Of a DNA stretch of 64,000 nt, positions 21,127 through 31,289 are shown one piece after another. Position 1 is the stretch's first letter. Each line of letters begins with the position of its first letter. Under the pieces are notes generated by a model. It ran no database searches. It saw only the letters and a program-made list of their open reading frames with translations, and was not told the DNA's origin. The translations under genes were made by a program, and so were the position numbers. Origin of the DNA: a virus (Duplodnaviria > Caudoviricetes). The stretch lies in the IMG/VR virus record IMGVR_UViG_2875555210_000001; one strand, given 5' to 3'.

Positions 21127-22029
21127 CTAAGCAGTAATGGTCACCGTGGCCGTAGCCGTCAGAGACCCCTTCTTAGCCGTGATCGTCGCGGTACCAGCCG
21201 CAACACCGGTCACCAGACCGTTAGCCGAAACGCTCGCCTTAAGCGGATCGCTCGACTCAAAGGTGCAATCCGGCGTGTAGTTAATGCCGTTGTCACCCTC
21301 AACCAGAAGCTGAGCCGTATGGCTCGCGCCCGTAGCCACCGTGACAGTCGGAGCGTTAGGCGTAATCGTCAGAGCGGTCAGCGCCCGGCCAAAGCCAGCC
21401 GTAGCCACAATGTCGCGCCAGCCCGGCCCCGCGAAGCCCTGAGCCACCGAGTAGCCCACAACATCGTCACGGAACGCCTTAAGCGTCGGCTTGTACTCAA
21501 TAACGTTGTCGTCGTTGAGCGTCTGGTTATCAACCCGATCCAGCTTCACCTTCGGCATCAGCCAGTAGACCCAAACCTCACGGTCGTTACGGTCATCCAG
21601 GCCAACCAGGATCGCCCGGTAGTAGATGTTCTTCGGCACCTTAGGCGCTTCCAGAACAATGCCGCCGAACTCAGAAGGCTCGATGTCCGTGAAGTCCTGA
21701 GTCCAGATCAGCTCAAGCACGTTGCGCTGGTTCTGGTACATCGAGAAATCGAACGTCGTGGTCCGCTTGTTGATAATCGTGCGGATAGGCTCAGGCTCGC
21801 CGTAAGCCTCAATATCCTTCGAGTCGAACTCGTTACCGAGCGTAAGACCCGCCTGCTTCTGGAAATGGCCCACAGACTTGTAGCCAGCAGGAATTTCCAG
21901 CGACCCGTCAACGGCAGACTCAAGCGTTAGCGCAGGAGTAGCCGAATACGGAGCCAGAAGCACGGTAAGGTTCAGAGGCGCAATCGCTAGGTCGGCCTGC
22001 GCGTCCTTAATCGTGTAAAAATCCGTCAT
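21127..22029 (-). CDS. major tail protein with C-terminal Ig-like (Big2) domain
   Basis: Synteny; C-terminal SSDP..ASVSANGLVTGVAAGTATITA. Confidence 0.9.
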   Translation of the reverse strand: MTDFYTIKDAQADLAIAPLNLTVLLAPYSATPALTLESAVDGSLEIPAGYKSVGHFQKQAGLTLGNEFDSKDIEAYGEPEPIRTIINKRTTTFDFSMYQNQRNVLELIWTQDFTDIEPSEFGGIVLEAPKVPKNIYYRAILVGLDDRNDREVWVYWLMPKVKLDRVDNQTLNDDNVIEYKPTLKAFRDDVVGYSVAQGFAGPGWRDIVATAGFGRALTALTITPNAPTVTVATGASHTAQLLVEGDNGINYTPDCTFESSDPLKASVSANGLVTGVAAGTATITAKKGSLTATATVTITA

Positions 22030-22056
22030 ATTAAGTTGTCCTTATTCAATTATTCG

Positions 22057-22560
22057 CTAAGGGCTACCCGTCAGCCCATGCCACAAGGCATAAAGAAACT
22101 GCTTGTAGTTCTTAGCGGTTTTCATCGACACAGAAACTTGGAACGTCGCCGTGACAACGCGGTTGTCGATCCTCTGATTCGGTGTTAGCAATTGCGGCCC
22201 GGCCACTTCTTTATCGCAGCGAATCTGCGCCGTGTACCCGTCAGCCATCTTGAACTTGTCCCCCTGCATCGGCAGCAGGATCGAACGGACAAAGTTCATA
22301 AGCTCCCACGAATCATCGCGCGAGCCAGTAACGGCCATGACCTGCAACTGGCACTCATCCTTACGGGCGTCCCAGTCGACCTGGCCCCCCGGCATCCGGA
22401 AGAACCACAACGTAGGGTCAGGGTCCGCATTATCAAGCCAGTCGTCAGGCAACCAACACCCCGACTCATAATTCGGCAGTAGTTTCGTGAAAATGTCGAT
22501 AAACAGGTTCTCGATGTTTACGAAATTATTTTCGTACCAATCCGGCAGAACCAAAGACAT
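22057..22560 (-). CDS. tail terminator
   Basis: Immediately upstream of major tail; typical size. Confidence 0.7.
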   Translation of the reverse strand: MSLVLPDWYENNFVNIENLFIDIFTKLLPNYESGCWLPDDWLDNADPDPTLWFFRMPGGQVDWDARKDECQLQVMAVTGSRDDSWELMNFVRSILLPMQGDKFKMADGYTAQIRCDKEVAGPQLLTPNQRIDNRVVTATFQVSVSMKTAKNYKQFLYALWHGLTGSP

Positions 22561-22569
22561 AAGCCCCCC

Positions 22570-23001
22570 TTAAGCGCCGTTCTTCGCCTTAACGACAGCC
22601 ACGGCTTTCTTCAAATCCTTATGCGCAGGGAAGTCCCAACCCGAAGGCGGATTACCACCGTCGCCGTGCTCATGAAGAACGCCGTAAAAGAACAGGTCGC
22701 CAGGATTAGGGTTACGTGGACTGTGCCAAGTCGACACAGCCGTCTCGCCGCCAACAGTGACGTGCGAAACCCAGCGGTCATTCTTCTTACCGCCAATGAT
22801 CGTTTCAGCACCGGCAGACGACATAAGCTTTCCGGACCGCTTAGCAACACCCGCCCGATAGGCAAGCACGACCTCCTGGCCGATAATGCCCATGAGCAGT
22901 TCCATCTCTGGACCAAGCAGCAGTTTCGCCAAACCAGGGTTAGGGACCGGAATGTGAATGTCAGTAAGCCTGTGACCAATCGTTGTGCCAGCCGCAGGCA
23001 T
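22570..23001 (-). CDS. neck/head-tail connector protein
   Basis: Synteny; KRSGKL..S and Y..HEHG motifs. Confidence 0.6.
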   Translation of the reverse strand: MPAAGTTIGHRLTDIHIPVPNPGLAKLLLGPEMELLMGIIGQEVVLAYRAGVAKRSGKLMSSAGAETIIGGKKNDRWVSHVTVGGETAVSTWHSPRNPNPGDLFFYGVLHEHGDGGNPPSGWDFPAHKDLKKAVAVVKAKNGA

Positions 23002-23339
23002 TACCCATTCACCGCCTCCACCTGAAACACCACATAGCCGAAGTCGTACCCATCAAAGGCGTGCCCCTGATCCCACATCGAATGACCAACGACGGTGTAA
23101 ACCTCGCCGTTGCCACGCTCGATGCGATCCCGAGCCTTAACGTCCGCGCCCCGCTTCACATACAGCTCCGCAGTCAGGCTCGAACTCTCCCCCTTGAAAT
23201 TCTGCTTCCGGCCAAACTTATTGGTGCTGGTCCCCGGCCCCCACGCAAAAATGCCCTTAACCGTGCCGTGAACCTCTTTGTTCGGATTGCCGTACTTATC
23301 CGTATCGCCCCGGCGAACGGTTAAAGTCTCCTCGTTCAC
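23001..23339 (-). CDS. head-to-tail stopper
   Basis: DKYGNP..DVKARDRI..Y.VVG motif. Confidence 0.75.
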   Translation of the reverse strand: MNEETLTVRRGDTDKYGNPNKEVHGTVKGIFAWGPGTSTNKFGRKQNFKGESSSLTAELYVKRGADVKARDRIERGNGEVYTVVGHSMWDQGHAFDGYDFGYVVFQVEAVNG

Positions 23340-23800
23340 CAGGGCACCACGTCTCCGTAACCGTCGTCCTCGCTACAGAACGGGAACATGCTGCCCCCGT
23401 ATCGGATAAAGGCCGTCTTACCGGCCCAAGGCCGTCCTTCCTCGCCGCGAGAAGTGCTCACCGTCTGTAGACCCCCCGACCGCTTAAAGCGCTTAAGGAT
23501 CGCCATTTCAGCCGGGTAAAAGAACCCGTCCGGTGGCTGGGAATACTGGACGCTGAACGGACCCATCTGCCGCGAAATCACGCGGTCAGGGTTCTTAAGC
23601 TCCCGGCGGGACGCCTGCAACACAACAGCCCGCACATCATCAGGAACGTCGGCGGGGGCGTCGGGCCACGCTCGACCCGACACCACCCGCGCCCACGAAG
23701 AAACGATGTCTAGAACAAGCTTGGCCTGCTCTAGCTCATCGCCTTCAAACGTCTGAGACATGAGGGTCTGCAAGTCCTCAATGGACGCTAGACCCGCCAT
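23336..23800 (-). CDS. head-to-tail adaptor
   Basis: LASIEDL...NPD....QMGPFS motif; follows the capsid gene. Confidence 0.8.
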   Translation of the reverse strand: MAGLASIEDLQTLMSQTFEGDELEQAKLVLDIVSSWARVVSGRAWPDAPADVPDDVRAVVLQASRRELKNPDRVISRQMGPFSVQYSQPPDGFFYPAEMAILKRFKRSGGLQTVSTSRGEEGRPWAGKTAFIRYGGSMFPFCSEDDGYGDVVPW

Positions 23801-23811
23801 AAGAGCCTCGA

Positions 23812-24960
23812 CTAAGGAACGGTGACCGTAGCGGTAGCCGTCTTAGCCGCACCACCCTGAGGCGGAACGTAAGAGGCCGTGATCACCGACGTACCAGCCG
23901 CAACACCCGTCACCAGGCCAGAAGCCGAAACGGTCGCGTTGCTGGCCGTGGCCGACTGGAACGTGCAGCGAGCCGTCACGTCCGTGCCGTTGTCGTCACG
24001 CACCTTGAGCTTCCGCGTACCCGTCCGAGTCGCAAGCGCGAAGTCGCCACCCACAATCGAGATACCCGAAGCGGTTAGCTGTAGCTCCACAGCGCGGACG
24101 AACGACCCGTCGACCTCAGTCACAACCTTGCGGCCAGTGAACACGTCAAGCAGGGTCCGGTCCCCAAGCTGGCTGTAGTCGTAGTCAGCCAGCCAACGCA
24201 GAGCCACGTTGTTAGCCGAGAACGAAGCACCAGCCTTAGCGCCCTCAGGCACAACCGGAGTCCGGTAAGCCAGGATGAAGGCCGTACGGTGCCACAGATA
24301 AGCCTTATCCGGAGCGATAGCCAGCGAACGAACCACGTTCATGCCAGCCAGACGACCCACATGGGCCTCACGCAGAGCCGAGTTGGCCTGATCGCCAGAC
24401 CAATCAGCATGACGGAACTGCTTATCCTTAGCCAGAGCCGCAGCCACAGCAGACCCGACCACCAGGACACGGCCATCGGTAGGCACGAATGCCTCACCCA
24501 TGCGCTGGTCAGCCGTGATGAACGACGGAACCGTATCCGACGGATCAATCAGAATCGTCTCCTCATACGGAGCGCCCTCGATCAGCTCAGCAATGTAATC
24601 CTCAAGCTCGAAAGCAACAGCCGAGACCTGCGGCACAAGCACCTGCGACGTGTAGTCGCGGATATCCAACGTGCGCTGCTCGTCCGTGAACTTAAGCGCG
24701 GCGTAGATGTGCTTATCCAGCGTCACGCCGAATGAATGCTCAACCAGCTCAGAAGCGACGACCGTACGGTCCGTATCGCGCAGGTCTCGCCGGTTAGCCG
24801 TGGTGATGGCAGGAACGCGCACGGTAATCGTGTCATTCTTAGAACCACCGAAATTGGTCAGCGGGTTAGTCCACACCAGGCCAGGTAGAACGATCTCGCG
24901 CTGTAGCTGCTTAACGCCAATCTCAGCGACGAGTTCCGGCTTCACGAAAATGTGTGCCAT
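23812..24960 (-). CDS. major capsid protein with C-terminal Ig-like domain
   Basis: 382 aa after scaffold; DTITVRVP; C-terminal ATVSASGLVTGVAAGTSVITA. Confidence 0.9.
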   Translation of the reverse strand: MAHIFVKPELVAEIGVKQLQREIVLPGLVWTNPLTNFGGSKNDTITVRVPAITTANRRDLRDTDRTVVASELVEHSFGVTLDKHIYAALKFTDEQRTLDIRDYTSQVLVPQVSAVAFELEDYIAELIEGAPYEETILIDPSDTVPSFITADQRMGEAFVPTDGRVLVVGSAVAAALAKDKQFRHADWSGDQANSALREAHVGRLAGMNVVRSLAIAPDKAYLWHRTAFILAYRTPVVPEGAKAGASFSANNVALRWLADYDYSQLGDRTLLDVFTGRKVVTEVDGSFVRAVELQLTASGISIVGGDFALATRTGTRKLKVRDDNGTDVTARCTFQSATASNATVSASGLVTGVAAGTSVITASYVPPQGGAAKTATATVTVP

Positions 24961-25002
24961 ATGTTTCTCCTATTAATTTGTTATTAAGTTATTGACTGCT
25001 AA

Positions 25003-25602
25003 TTAAGCGCTGCCGCGAGGAATATCCTTAAGAATGTCGTCGGCACTAAGCTCCAAACCATCGTCCGACTGATCACCAGTCGACGTGAAAGTCATGCGAG
25101 CCTTAGGGGACTGAGTAGGCGGCTTCTTCTTATCGCCGTCCTCGTCCTTCTCGACCTTCTGTTCGCTCTTTGGCAAGCCCTCTAGAAGATCCTCAATGTC
25201 TGCGCGAATATCTTCCTCAGAATCTCCCTGAACCCGCTTAGCGAGCTTCTTAGGCAGACCCATTTCATCCGCAATATCGCGTACCAACTCATTCCGTTCA
25301 GCCTTAGTCAGCTTCTCGGTCAGCTTGGTTAGCTCACCCTCGGCCTTCTCGGCACGGCGAGTCAGCTTCTCGATATCCGACCCCTTCTCAGCCTCAAGCT
25401 TGTCGAACTGCTCGGCCTTGGTCTTAAAGTCCTCAAAGCCTTCGTACTTCTTCCGCTCACGCGCCACCCGGCGCGCAACAGCCTTATCGAACTCATCCTG
25501 AGAGGTAATCGCCTTAAACGTGCTCTCAGACTTCTCAACGGGATCGCCGCCAGTAGGATCGGTCTCGACAGGATCATTGTTGTCAGGGTCAATATCAGAC
25601 AT
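25003..25602 (-). CDS. scaffolding protein
   Basis: Acidic coiled coil with the ITSQDEFDKAVARRVARE motif. Confidence 0.85.
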   Translation of the reverse strand: MSDIDPDNNDPVETDPTGGDPVEKSESTFKAITSQDEFDKAVARRVARERKKYEGFEDFKTKAEQFDKLEAEKGSDIEKLTRRAEKAEGELTKLTEKLTKAERNELVRDIADEMGLPKKLAKRVQGDSEEDIRADIEDLLEGLPKSEQKVEKDEDGDKKKPPTQSPKARMTFTSTGDQSDDGLELSADDILKDIPRGSA

Positions 25603-25652
25603 AGAAAATTCCTCAAAAAGCCAGTCAATAAAACGCGTGACTGTTCCGCGTC

Positions 25653-26708
25653 CTAAGCGATGCTTAGTCTCTTAATCGAATCGTCAATGAACTTGACGTT
25701 TGGCGAATCCGCCTTAAACCCGCGAGCTAGAAGTCGCTCACGGTTCTTTTGAACGTCGGCAATAATCTTCCGGCGCTCGCTTAAATCCAGCACATCTGCG
25801 CTGTAAGGTGGGGGCGGCGTATAGTTCCGGCGAAAGTTCGCCTCAGGCGACAAATACTTGCCGTCCACGTAATTGCCGTGACCATACTGTTCCCACAAAT
25901 CAAGGAAATACTTAGCGCGCTCATCCCATTTGTCTTTTTCACTAAAGACCGGTCGCATCGTGCATTGACAGTTGTCATGCACCTTCGCCGGTCCATCACC
26001 GATGAACGCGCGCCTCGTGCCCTTGTCACTATTGGAGGACCACTTAACCTCCCGAACCTTGCGATTCGAGACAGCGAAAGCGTCCTCTTTGTAGAAAACC
26101 GCACCCTGTGACGCCAAGATGGCGCAGAAGTAGCACGGATTGTTGTCGGTCTTACGCGCGTACCCGATAGCCTTACCCTGCTTTAAACGCCGGGGGGCCT
26201 CTCGCTGCACGAACTGCAAAACCTCGGAGCGACCGCCGTCAGTCGCCTTAGTGGCACCCGTCCCTTCGGACTTAGCCTTACCGGCTTCCATCGCTTCCGC
26301 CTCAGGCTTAGCGCGCGCAACTTGGCGCTTAACCTCAACCGGACCACGAACCCGCATCGCAGTTTGAATGTCCTGCACGGGAAAATTAACCGCCGCCTTC
26401 ACAGGTGGCGTAGCGTCTGGCTCACTCGCAAACAAAGCCCGCTGCACATACTCAAACGCCGCTTCGCTGGATTCATCCCAGCCCATTTTGATTTGTAGCG
26501 TGGTGGCGTGCAGCCAAGACGGAGTTGACCCGTCCAGATCGCCAAAGTTAATGATCGGCCACAGCAGGGCCAGGCCCGCCGCAGTCGTCGCCGCGATCTG
26601 CTCCTGGCGCTCGACATGCTGAGTCGCATACCAAGCGGCCAGGGCAGGAACCGCGATCAACGGAAGAGTGGCCTTGTCGTCCCTATCGTCCTGGTCGTCC
26701 TCGGCCAC
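25653..26708 (-). CDS. MuF-like minor head / capsid maturation protein
   Basis: Between portal and scaffold; PCYFCAILASQG...HDNCQC motif. Confidence 0.75.
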   Translation of the reverse strand: MAEDDQDDRDDKATLPLIAVPALAAWYATQHVERQEQIAATTAAGLALLWPIINFGDLDGSTPSWLHATTLQIKMGWDESSEAAFEYVQRALFASEPDATPPVKAAVNFPVQDIQTAMRVRGPVEVKRQVARAKPEAEAMEAGKAKSEGTGATKATDGGRSEVLQFVQREAPRRLKQGKAIGYARKTDNNPCYFCAILASQGAVFYKEDAFAVSNRKVREVKWSSNSDKGTRRAFIGDGPAKVHDNCQCTMRPVFSEKDKWDERAKYFLDLWEQYGHGNYVDGKYLSPEANFRRNYTPPPPYSADVLDLSERRKIIADVQKNRERLLARGFKADSPNVKFIDDSIKRLSIA

Positions 26709-26725
26709 CCATCCCCCTTATTCAG

Positions 26726-28381
26726 TTATGCAGCCCTACTCGACGGGTCGTTACCGTTCACCCCGCCGGACTTCTTAGGCGTCCGCTTGGACGTAGAGCT
26801 GGTCTTGCGCGCAGCCGGAGCCGCCCCACCGGCAGGCTGAGCCGGAGCCGCCTTAGCGACCTCCACAGCCTGCTTCCGCTGAGCCTCCGCATTCTGCTTA
26901 GCCAAATCCTTCTGAGCCTTAGCCTGCGCATCCTGCAACGCCTTCTGGACATCGCCCTGCGCCTCAATGACCTGCTTCTGCGTATCAACCTCAATCTCGG
27001 CTGCGAACTCGCCGCCAGGACCATTAGCCGTCCACCACAAGAGCATCTGCGTCATCTCGTCGTCGTCGTTGAAGTGCTCGCGCATCGTCTCAACGTCCGT
27101 CTTAGTAATGCCCGGAATCAGACCCCATAGGAACTCCTTAGGCATACCCAGCATCGTCGCGGCCTTGCCATAAGCGTCCACAGCCTGAGCCAGCGACCGC
27201 ACCGACGTGTCCTGCCACGACACACTGGCCGTGAAGTCACGCGCGCCCGCCGCATCACCCTCGACATGCGCCGCAAGCCGAAGCAACTGGTTATGCGCCG
27301 ACCCAAACGTCACCTGACGCTCATAAAGCTTCTGGATCGTGCCCTTAGTGGCCGCTGTAAGCGCATCTGCCGAAAGATTGGCAAGCTGCCCATTAAGAAT
27401 CCACACCGGCACCTGAGCGTTGTTAGCGAGGATTTCAACGTCCTGCGTATGCGCCGCGATAAAGCCATCAAGGCTCGTCTCCGGCAGCGTGTAGAACTTC
27501 GCCTCATGATTGCCGTGCATCAGAATGTCGTCCTGAGCCAGGATCAACTTCGCGCGCTGCTGCTCCTCCGGCGTAGCGTCCTCAGACAGGTCGTCAATGC
27601 CAGTAGCAACCTTGACCTTCCAAGAGTTGTAATGCTGAGCCAACAGACGGTCGTAATCGGTCTTGTCGATCTTCGACGCCACCGGCACCAGATACTCGAC
27701 CTCACCCATAGTGAAGCCGTCCAGGTCCATCATGTTCACGTACCGCACAAACGGGCACACGCCCACGCCGTGACGTACCTTCTTAATCGTCTGCTCGTTA
27801 GGGAAGCTCCCCGGCGACGGCATCTTAAGCTCGTAATAGAACTCGTCCGTATACAGCCGCACATACTTACCGTTAGCGGCAAGCTCTAGCGCATACCGTG
27901 GGTACTCGTCATTGATCTGATCCTCATAAAGGGCCAGCAGACGACGCGGAGACACACCACGAATCTCAGCCTGATTCTTACCGTCCCACGCCTCACCCGG
28001 CAGCACGCGCGCATACGCATACCCATAGGTCAGCGCGGCCCGGTGAATCGCAATCTGACGAGACTGCATATTGTTCGCGTTCCACGTCTGCCAAGGCCCC
28101 TTAGTGTTCTCCTTAGAACCCTCAGCCCGGTAGCCGTCCACAAACAACGCCTGAGTGAAATGAGTGACCACCAACCCCAACCACGGAGTCTTAGCGAGCT
28201 TAAGTAGCGCCCGCTTCTCAGGGTTAGCGTTCTGAATCAAATAATCTGGCTGTTCGCCGCGCGCCCAGTTAGCAATCTTGTCCAACTTGTCGCGCCGACG
28301 CACAAACTCCGGCCACAACGTATTCTCAACGAACTTCCGGACGTCACCGTCCGAGATTTCCTCGGGAAGTTCAATAGCCAT
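26726..28381 (-). CDS. portal protein
   Basis: 551 aa after terminase; HGVGVCPFVRY and NLSADAL, SPP1-like. Confidence 0.9.
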   Translation of the reverse strand: MAIELPEEISDGDVRKFVENTLWPEFVRRRDKLDKIANWARGEQPDYLIQNANPEKRALLKLAKTPWLGLVVTHFTQALFVDGYRAEGSKENTKGPWQTWNANNMQSRQIAIHRAALTYGYAYARVLPGEAWDGKNQAEIRGVSPRRLLALYEDQINDEYPRYALELAANGKYVRLYTDEFYYELKMPSPGSFPNEQTIKKVRHGVGVCPFVRYVNMMDLDGFTMGEVEYLVPVASKIDKTDYDRLLAQHYNSWKVKVATGIDDLSEDATPEEQQRAKLILAQDDILMHGNHEAKFYTLPETSLDGFIAAHTQDVEILANNAQVPVWILNGQLANLSADALTAATKGTIQKLYERQVTFGSAHNQLLRLAAHVEGDAAGARDFTASVSWQDTSVRSLAQAVDAYGKAATMLGMPKEFLWGLIPGITKTDVETMREHFNDDDEMTQMLLWWTANGPGGEFAAEIEVDTQKQVIEAQGDVQKALQDAQAKAQKDLAKQNAEAQRKQAVEVAKAAPAQPAGGAAPAARKTSSTSKRTPKKSGGVNGNDPSSRAA

Positions 28382-29950
28382 TTACACCATCCTGTACCGC
28401 TTCTTCTTAGTCATGGATTCCTCAGCCGATTCCAGGGTCAGAATCCGGTTGGCGTAAGAACACGCGACAATGCCAGTGATATCGACGTTCGTCCCTTTAC
28501 GAAGCCAGCCCCAGCCGCCGTGCTCAATCTTTCCGATTGGATACTTAGTAGCCCCGGCCAAACCAGACACAAGCGTGTCGTCGTCCAAGTGAGTCAGCTT
28601 CTCGCTAACCACATCGTCGTAAAACTTCGCAGTAGCCGCCGCAACCTCTTGAGGCGTCAGCATGTGGACCTTGTAGCCGATCTGTTCAAGCTCGGCGTAA
28701 TACGCGCCAGCTTGCGCACCAGCCTGCAAAGCGACCGCCCTAGGGGGCGTGCTTGAGCTGATAAGCCGCTGCATCGTCGGGATAATCCAGTTAGTGCCCT
28801 CGTCGGCCACCAGAACCTCAACATGAGACCGGCCATCCGGACGCTTACCCGCCAGCGCAATAGAACCCCAAGCGCGGTCCGGAGCCACGTCCACACAGGC
28901 GACCGTCCACTCGACTTCCACCGAAGGCTGTTCACCGTTAGGCAGATCGTCAATCTTGCAGGCTTCCCAACTGTCCATCGGGATCACGGAGTTAACGCGG
29001 GGGTCATCCCACATGCCCATGTGCTCGCGGGCGAACTCAACAAAGTCCATTCCCATGAACTCGGCCTCAAGGTTGCGAAGCGAGCAGAACGGAGCACCCA
29101 ACGACGCCTGAGCTACAGGCCACAGCGCGCGGTCAGTCGGATCAGCACCCTCAGGTAGCGACCACTCCGCAAAAAGCAAGTTCGGGTCAGCCTTAGCGAT
29201 ACCAACGTCCCGAAGCTTCGTGAGCATTTCGGAATCCTCGGTACCCGCCGAACTGGTAAACCACGTCTGCGGATTGCGGTTAGCACGCTGAGTCGGACCC
29301 AACGAGCCCCACTCGGCATGGGACAGGGCGTAAGCCTCGTCGCACACAACCAAGTCAATGTCACGGAAGCCACGGCCAGAATCGGGAGACCGGGCAATGT
29401 AGCGGACGAACCGCTCACCATCCAGATAGCCCTTACCGGCCTTAAGCCGGATAGACGTTTCCTCGCCACCATTCTTAGGCCGCATACACATGTCGGCCAG
29501 GTCTTGGTAGTTCTCAATCCGGTTCCGGAGCGTCTGCCAAGACAGGGTTGCCGTCTTAGCCTGCTGCGCCGTGTGGAAAATCTTCTCGTTCAGCTCGAAT
29601 AGGCCGAACAGCTCCCGCGCCTCAAGCAGCTCGGTCTTGCCCTGCTGCCTCACAACGATCAGGCCGACGCGCCGCGCCGACCACAGGCCATCAATCGTCT
29701 CGCCCAGCGAGTGCCTAAACAGCGCCTCTTGCCAGGGCAATAGGTTGTAGCCGAAGTTCTCGACAAAATCGACACCATCGTCGGCCATCGACGTAAAGAA
29801 CGTCGGATAGTTGCTTAGACGAGGCTTCTGATTACCGGAAAGCTCCGGCCACTTCTCGGAAGGGTCCGCAATATCGGCGAATACTTGCGCCTCAAGCCGC
29901 GCCTGGTCGACCTCTTCCTCCGACAACGGCTCTGCGACCGTCATAGGCAT
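28382..29950 (-). CDS. terL: terminase large subunit
   Basis: LLPWQ Q-motif, RQQGKT Walker A, VVCDEA Walker B, TSSAG. Confidence 0.95.
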   Translation of the reverse strand: MPMTVAEPLSEEEVDQARLEAQVFADIADPSEKWPELSGNQKPRLSNYPTFFTSMADDGVDFVENFGYNLLPWQEALFRHSLGETIDGLWSARRVGLIVVRQQGKTELLEARELFGLFELNEKIFHTAQQAKTATLSWQTLRNRIENYQDLADMCMRPKNGGEETSIRLKAGKGYLDGERFVRYIARSPDSGRGFRDIDLVVCDEAYALSHAEWGSLGPTQRANRNPQTWFTSSAGTEDSEMLTKLRDVGIAKADPNLLFAEWSLPEGADPTDRALWPVAQASLGAPFCSLRNLEAEFMGMDFVEFAREHMGMWDDPRVNSVIPMDSWEACKIDDLPNGEQPSVEVEWTVACVDVAPDRAWGSIALAGKRPDGRSHVEVLVADEGTNWIIPTMQRLISSSTPPRAVALQAGAQAGAYYAELEQIGYKVHMLTPQEVAAATAKFYDDVVSEKLTHLDDDTLVSGLAGATKYPIGKIEHGGWGWLRKGTNVDITGIVACSYANRILTLESAEESMTKKKRYRMV

Positions 29951-30153
29951 TAGTCATCACCAAATCCAATCTCTAGAGAATCAATAACGTCAGCCACAGC
30001 CGCACGCTTAAGCATGTATTCGTATTCGACGCGCTCACCGTCGGCCTCACGTGCCCATTGGCGCTTCTCAGCCGCCCTAGTGCCCGTCCACTCGTCGCAG
30101 CAGGGACAAACAACCCCGCGCCCAGACCGAATGGACTGCATCATCCCCGGCAC
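29950..30153 (-). CDS. small Cys-containing hypothetical protein
   Basis: 67 aa with CPCC; overlaps both terminase genes by one base. Confidence 0.6.
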   Translation of the reverse strand: MPGMMQSIRSGRGVVCPCCDEWTGTRAAEKRQWAREADGERVEYEYMLKRAAVADVIDSLEIGFGDD

Positions 30154-30542
30154 TAGCTCGCCTTCTCAGCGGCCTTCGCGGCACGCTCCGCACGCCTCTT
30201 CGCCAGCTCATCCCACTTCGACTCACCGACCTTCGGCTTAGGCAACTCGCCCAGCCCCATCTTGCCCAGAATGTTCGCCAAAGCCGTGTACTGCTGACGA
30301 TGCTCAGAGATAAGTGGGTTAATCACTTCATCGCCCCGCTGGTTATACGAAAGCAGCCGACCGCCAATCTCGGTATCAAGCTGATCCAGCCTGTCCGCAA
30401 TACGGCAAGCATTGACCAGAAGCACCCGAGTGGCAGCGTCAAGTTCCCTATCAGCAGTAATGCTGACCCACAGCGTTTCCCCAGCCTCCATAAGGCCCGC
30501 CGGAACAGCGCTTTTAGCCGGTGCCCGCTTACGTGGTGGCAT
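30153..30542 (-). CDS. terS: terminase small subunit
   Basis: GETLW..ACRIADRLDQL..NPLISEHRQ..DELAKRRAER (P27-like). Confidence 0.85.
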   Translation of the reverse strand: MPPRKRAPAKSAVPAGLMEAGETLWVSITADRELDAATRVLLVNACRIADRLDQLDTEIGGRLLSYNQRGDEVINPLISEHRQQYTALANILGKMGLGELPKPKVGESKWDELAKRRAERAAKAAEKAS

Positions 30543-30550
30543 AAATCCCC

Positions 30551-30928
30551 CTACCCGTACTTCTTAAAGAGTTCCTTCATCGCTTTACGCTTATTCTTGC
30601 TGGCAGTGCCGAAATAATCGCTCGTGTGCATACCGTTCTTGCGGACAGCCGCATCAGCAATCCGGCCCTTAGTGCGCGGCCTATCCGTGTACTGCACGCC
30701 GATAGACACATCACCCTTCGTGAACGTCCCGTACATGTGCCGAGTAGCGCCCGAAGGGCTGCTAGTCATCAGCTTTTCCGAGTATTCCCAGCCCTCTTTA
30801 GCGCCCAACTGCTGCGCATACTCCATCGCGTTGCGCGGTTTCGCCTGGTAGACGTCCCTAGAGGCTTTCCTAGACGAACGATCACGCCCGCCGTAGTTCC
30901 GAGCGTGCGGAGCGCCACGACCGCCCAT
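30551..30928 (-). CDS. gene 1; basic MGGRG-leader protein
   Basis: AGGAGG RBS; begins MGGRG; first gene after cos. Confidence 0.8.
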   Translation of the reverse strand: MGGRGAPHARNYGGRDRSSRKASRDVYQAKPRNAMEYAQQLGAKEGWEYSEKLMTSSPSGATRHMYGTFTKGDVSIGVQYTDRPRTKGRIADAAVRKNGMHTSDYFGTASKNKRKAMKELFKKYG

Positions 30929-31018
30929 AGTGACCTCCTAAGTGGGTGCGACCTGCTGTTTTGTCGCACTTTCCAGGGCTTTTAACGGTTCTTAATCGCC
31001 AGAGAGAGAAGAAACGCT

Positions 31019-31028
31019 GGCTGATCGA
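31019..31028 (-). other. candidate cos site (joined 10-nt 3' cohesive ends TCGATCAGCC)
   Basis: Matches my recollection of the Cluster L overhang; lies about 90 nt upstream of gene 1 at the junction with the non-coding right end. Confidence 0.75.
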
Positions 31029-31256
31029 GGAGGGGACCGCGACTCGAAAATCGACACCCCCCAGGGGGGTCAAGTCTCTGACCTGCGGTTTCTCTGTTAG
31101 CTGGCAGAGGCCGGCTCAGGCTAAGGTCACCCTTAGTCACACGCTTTGGCCTTAGCTCGTACCCTCTGACCTGCGCATATGTCGCTATGATCGAAACAAT
31201 GGCTTAGGCTGGGCCAGCAAACATGTGCTGATCGTTTGCTACGTCGAGGGTCGGGC

Positions 31257-31286
31257 ATGGTACACCCTGTGTACGGTCCATGTCAA
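31257..31286 (-). promoter_or_regulatory. SigA-like promoter with GTAC-N7-GTAC box
   Basis: TTGACA-N18-TACCAT, pointing across cos toward gene 1 and terminase. Confidence 0.65.
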
Positions 31287-31289
31287 CAC

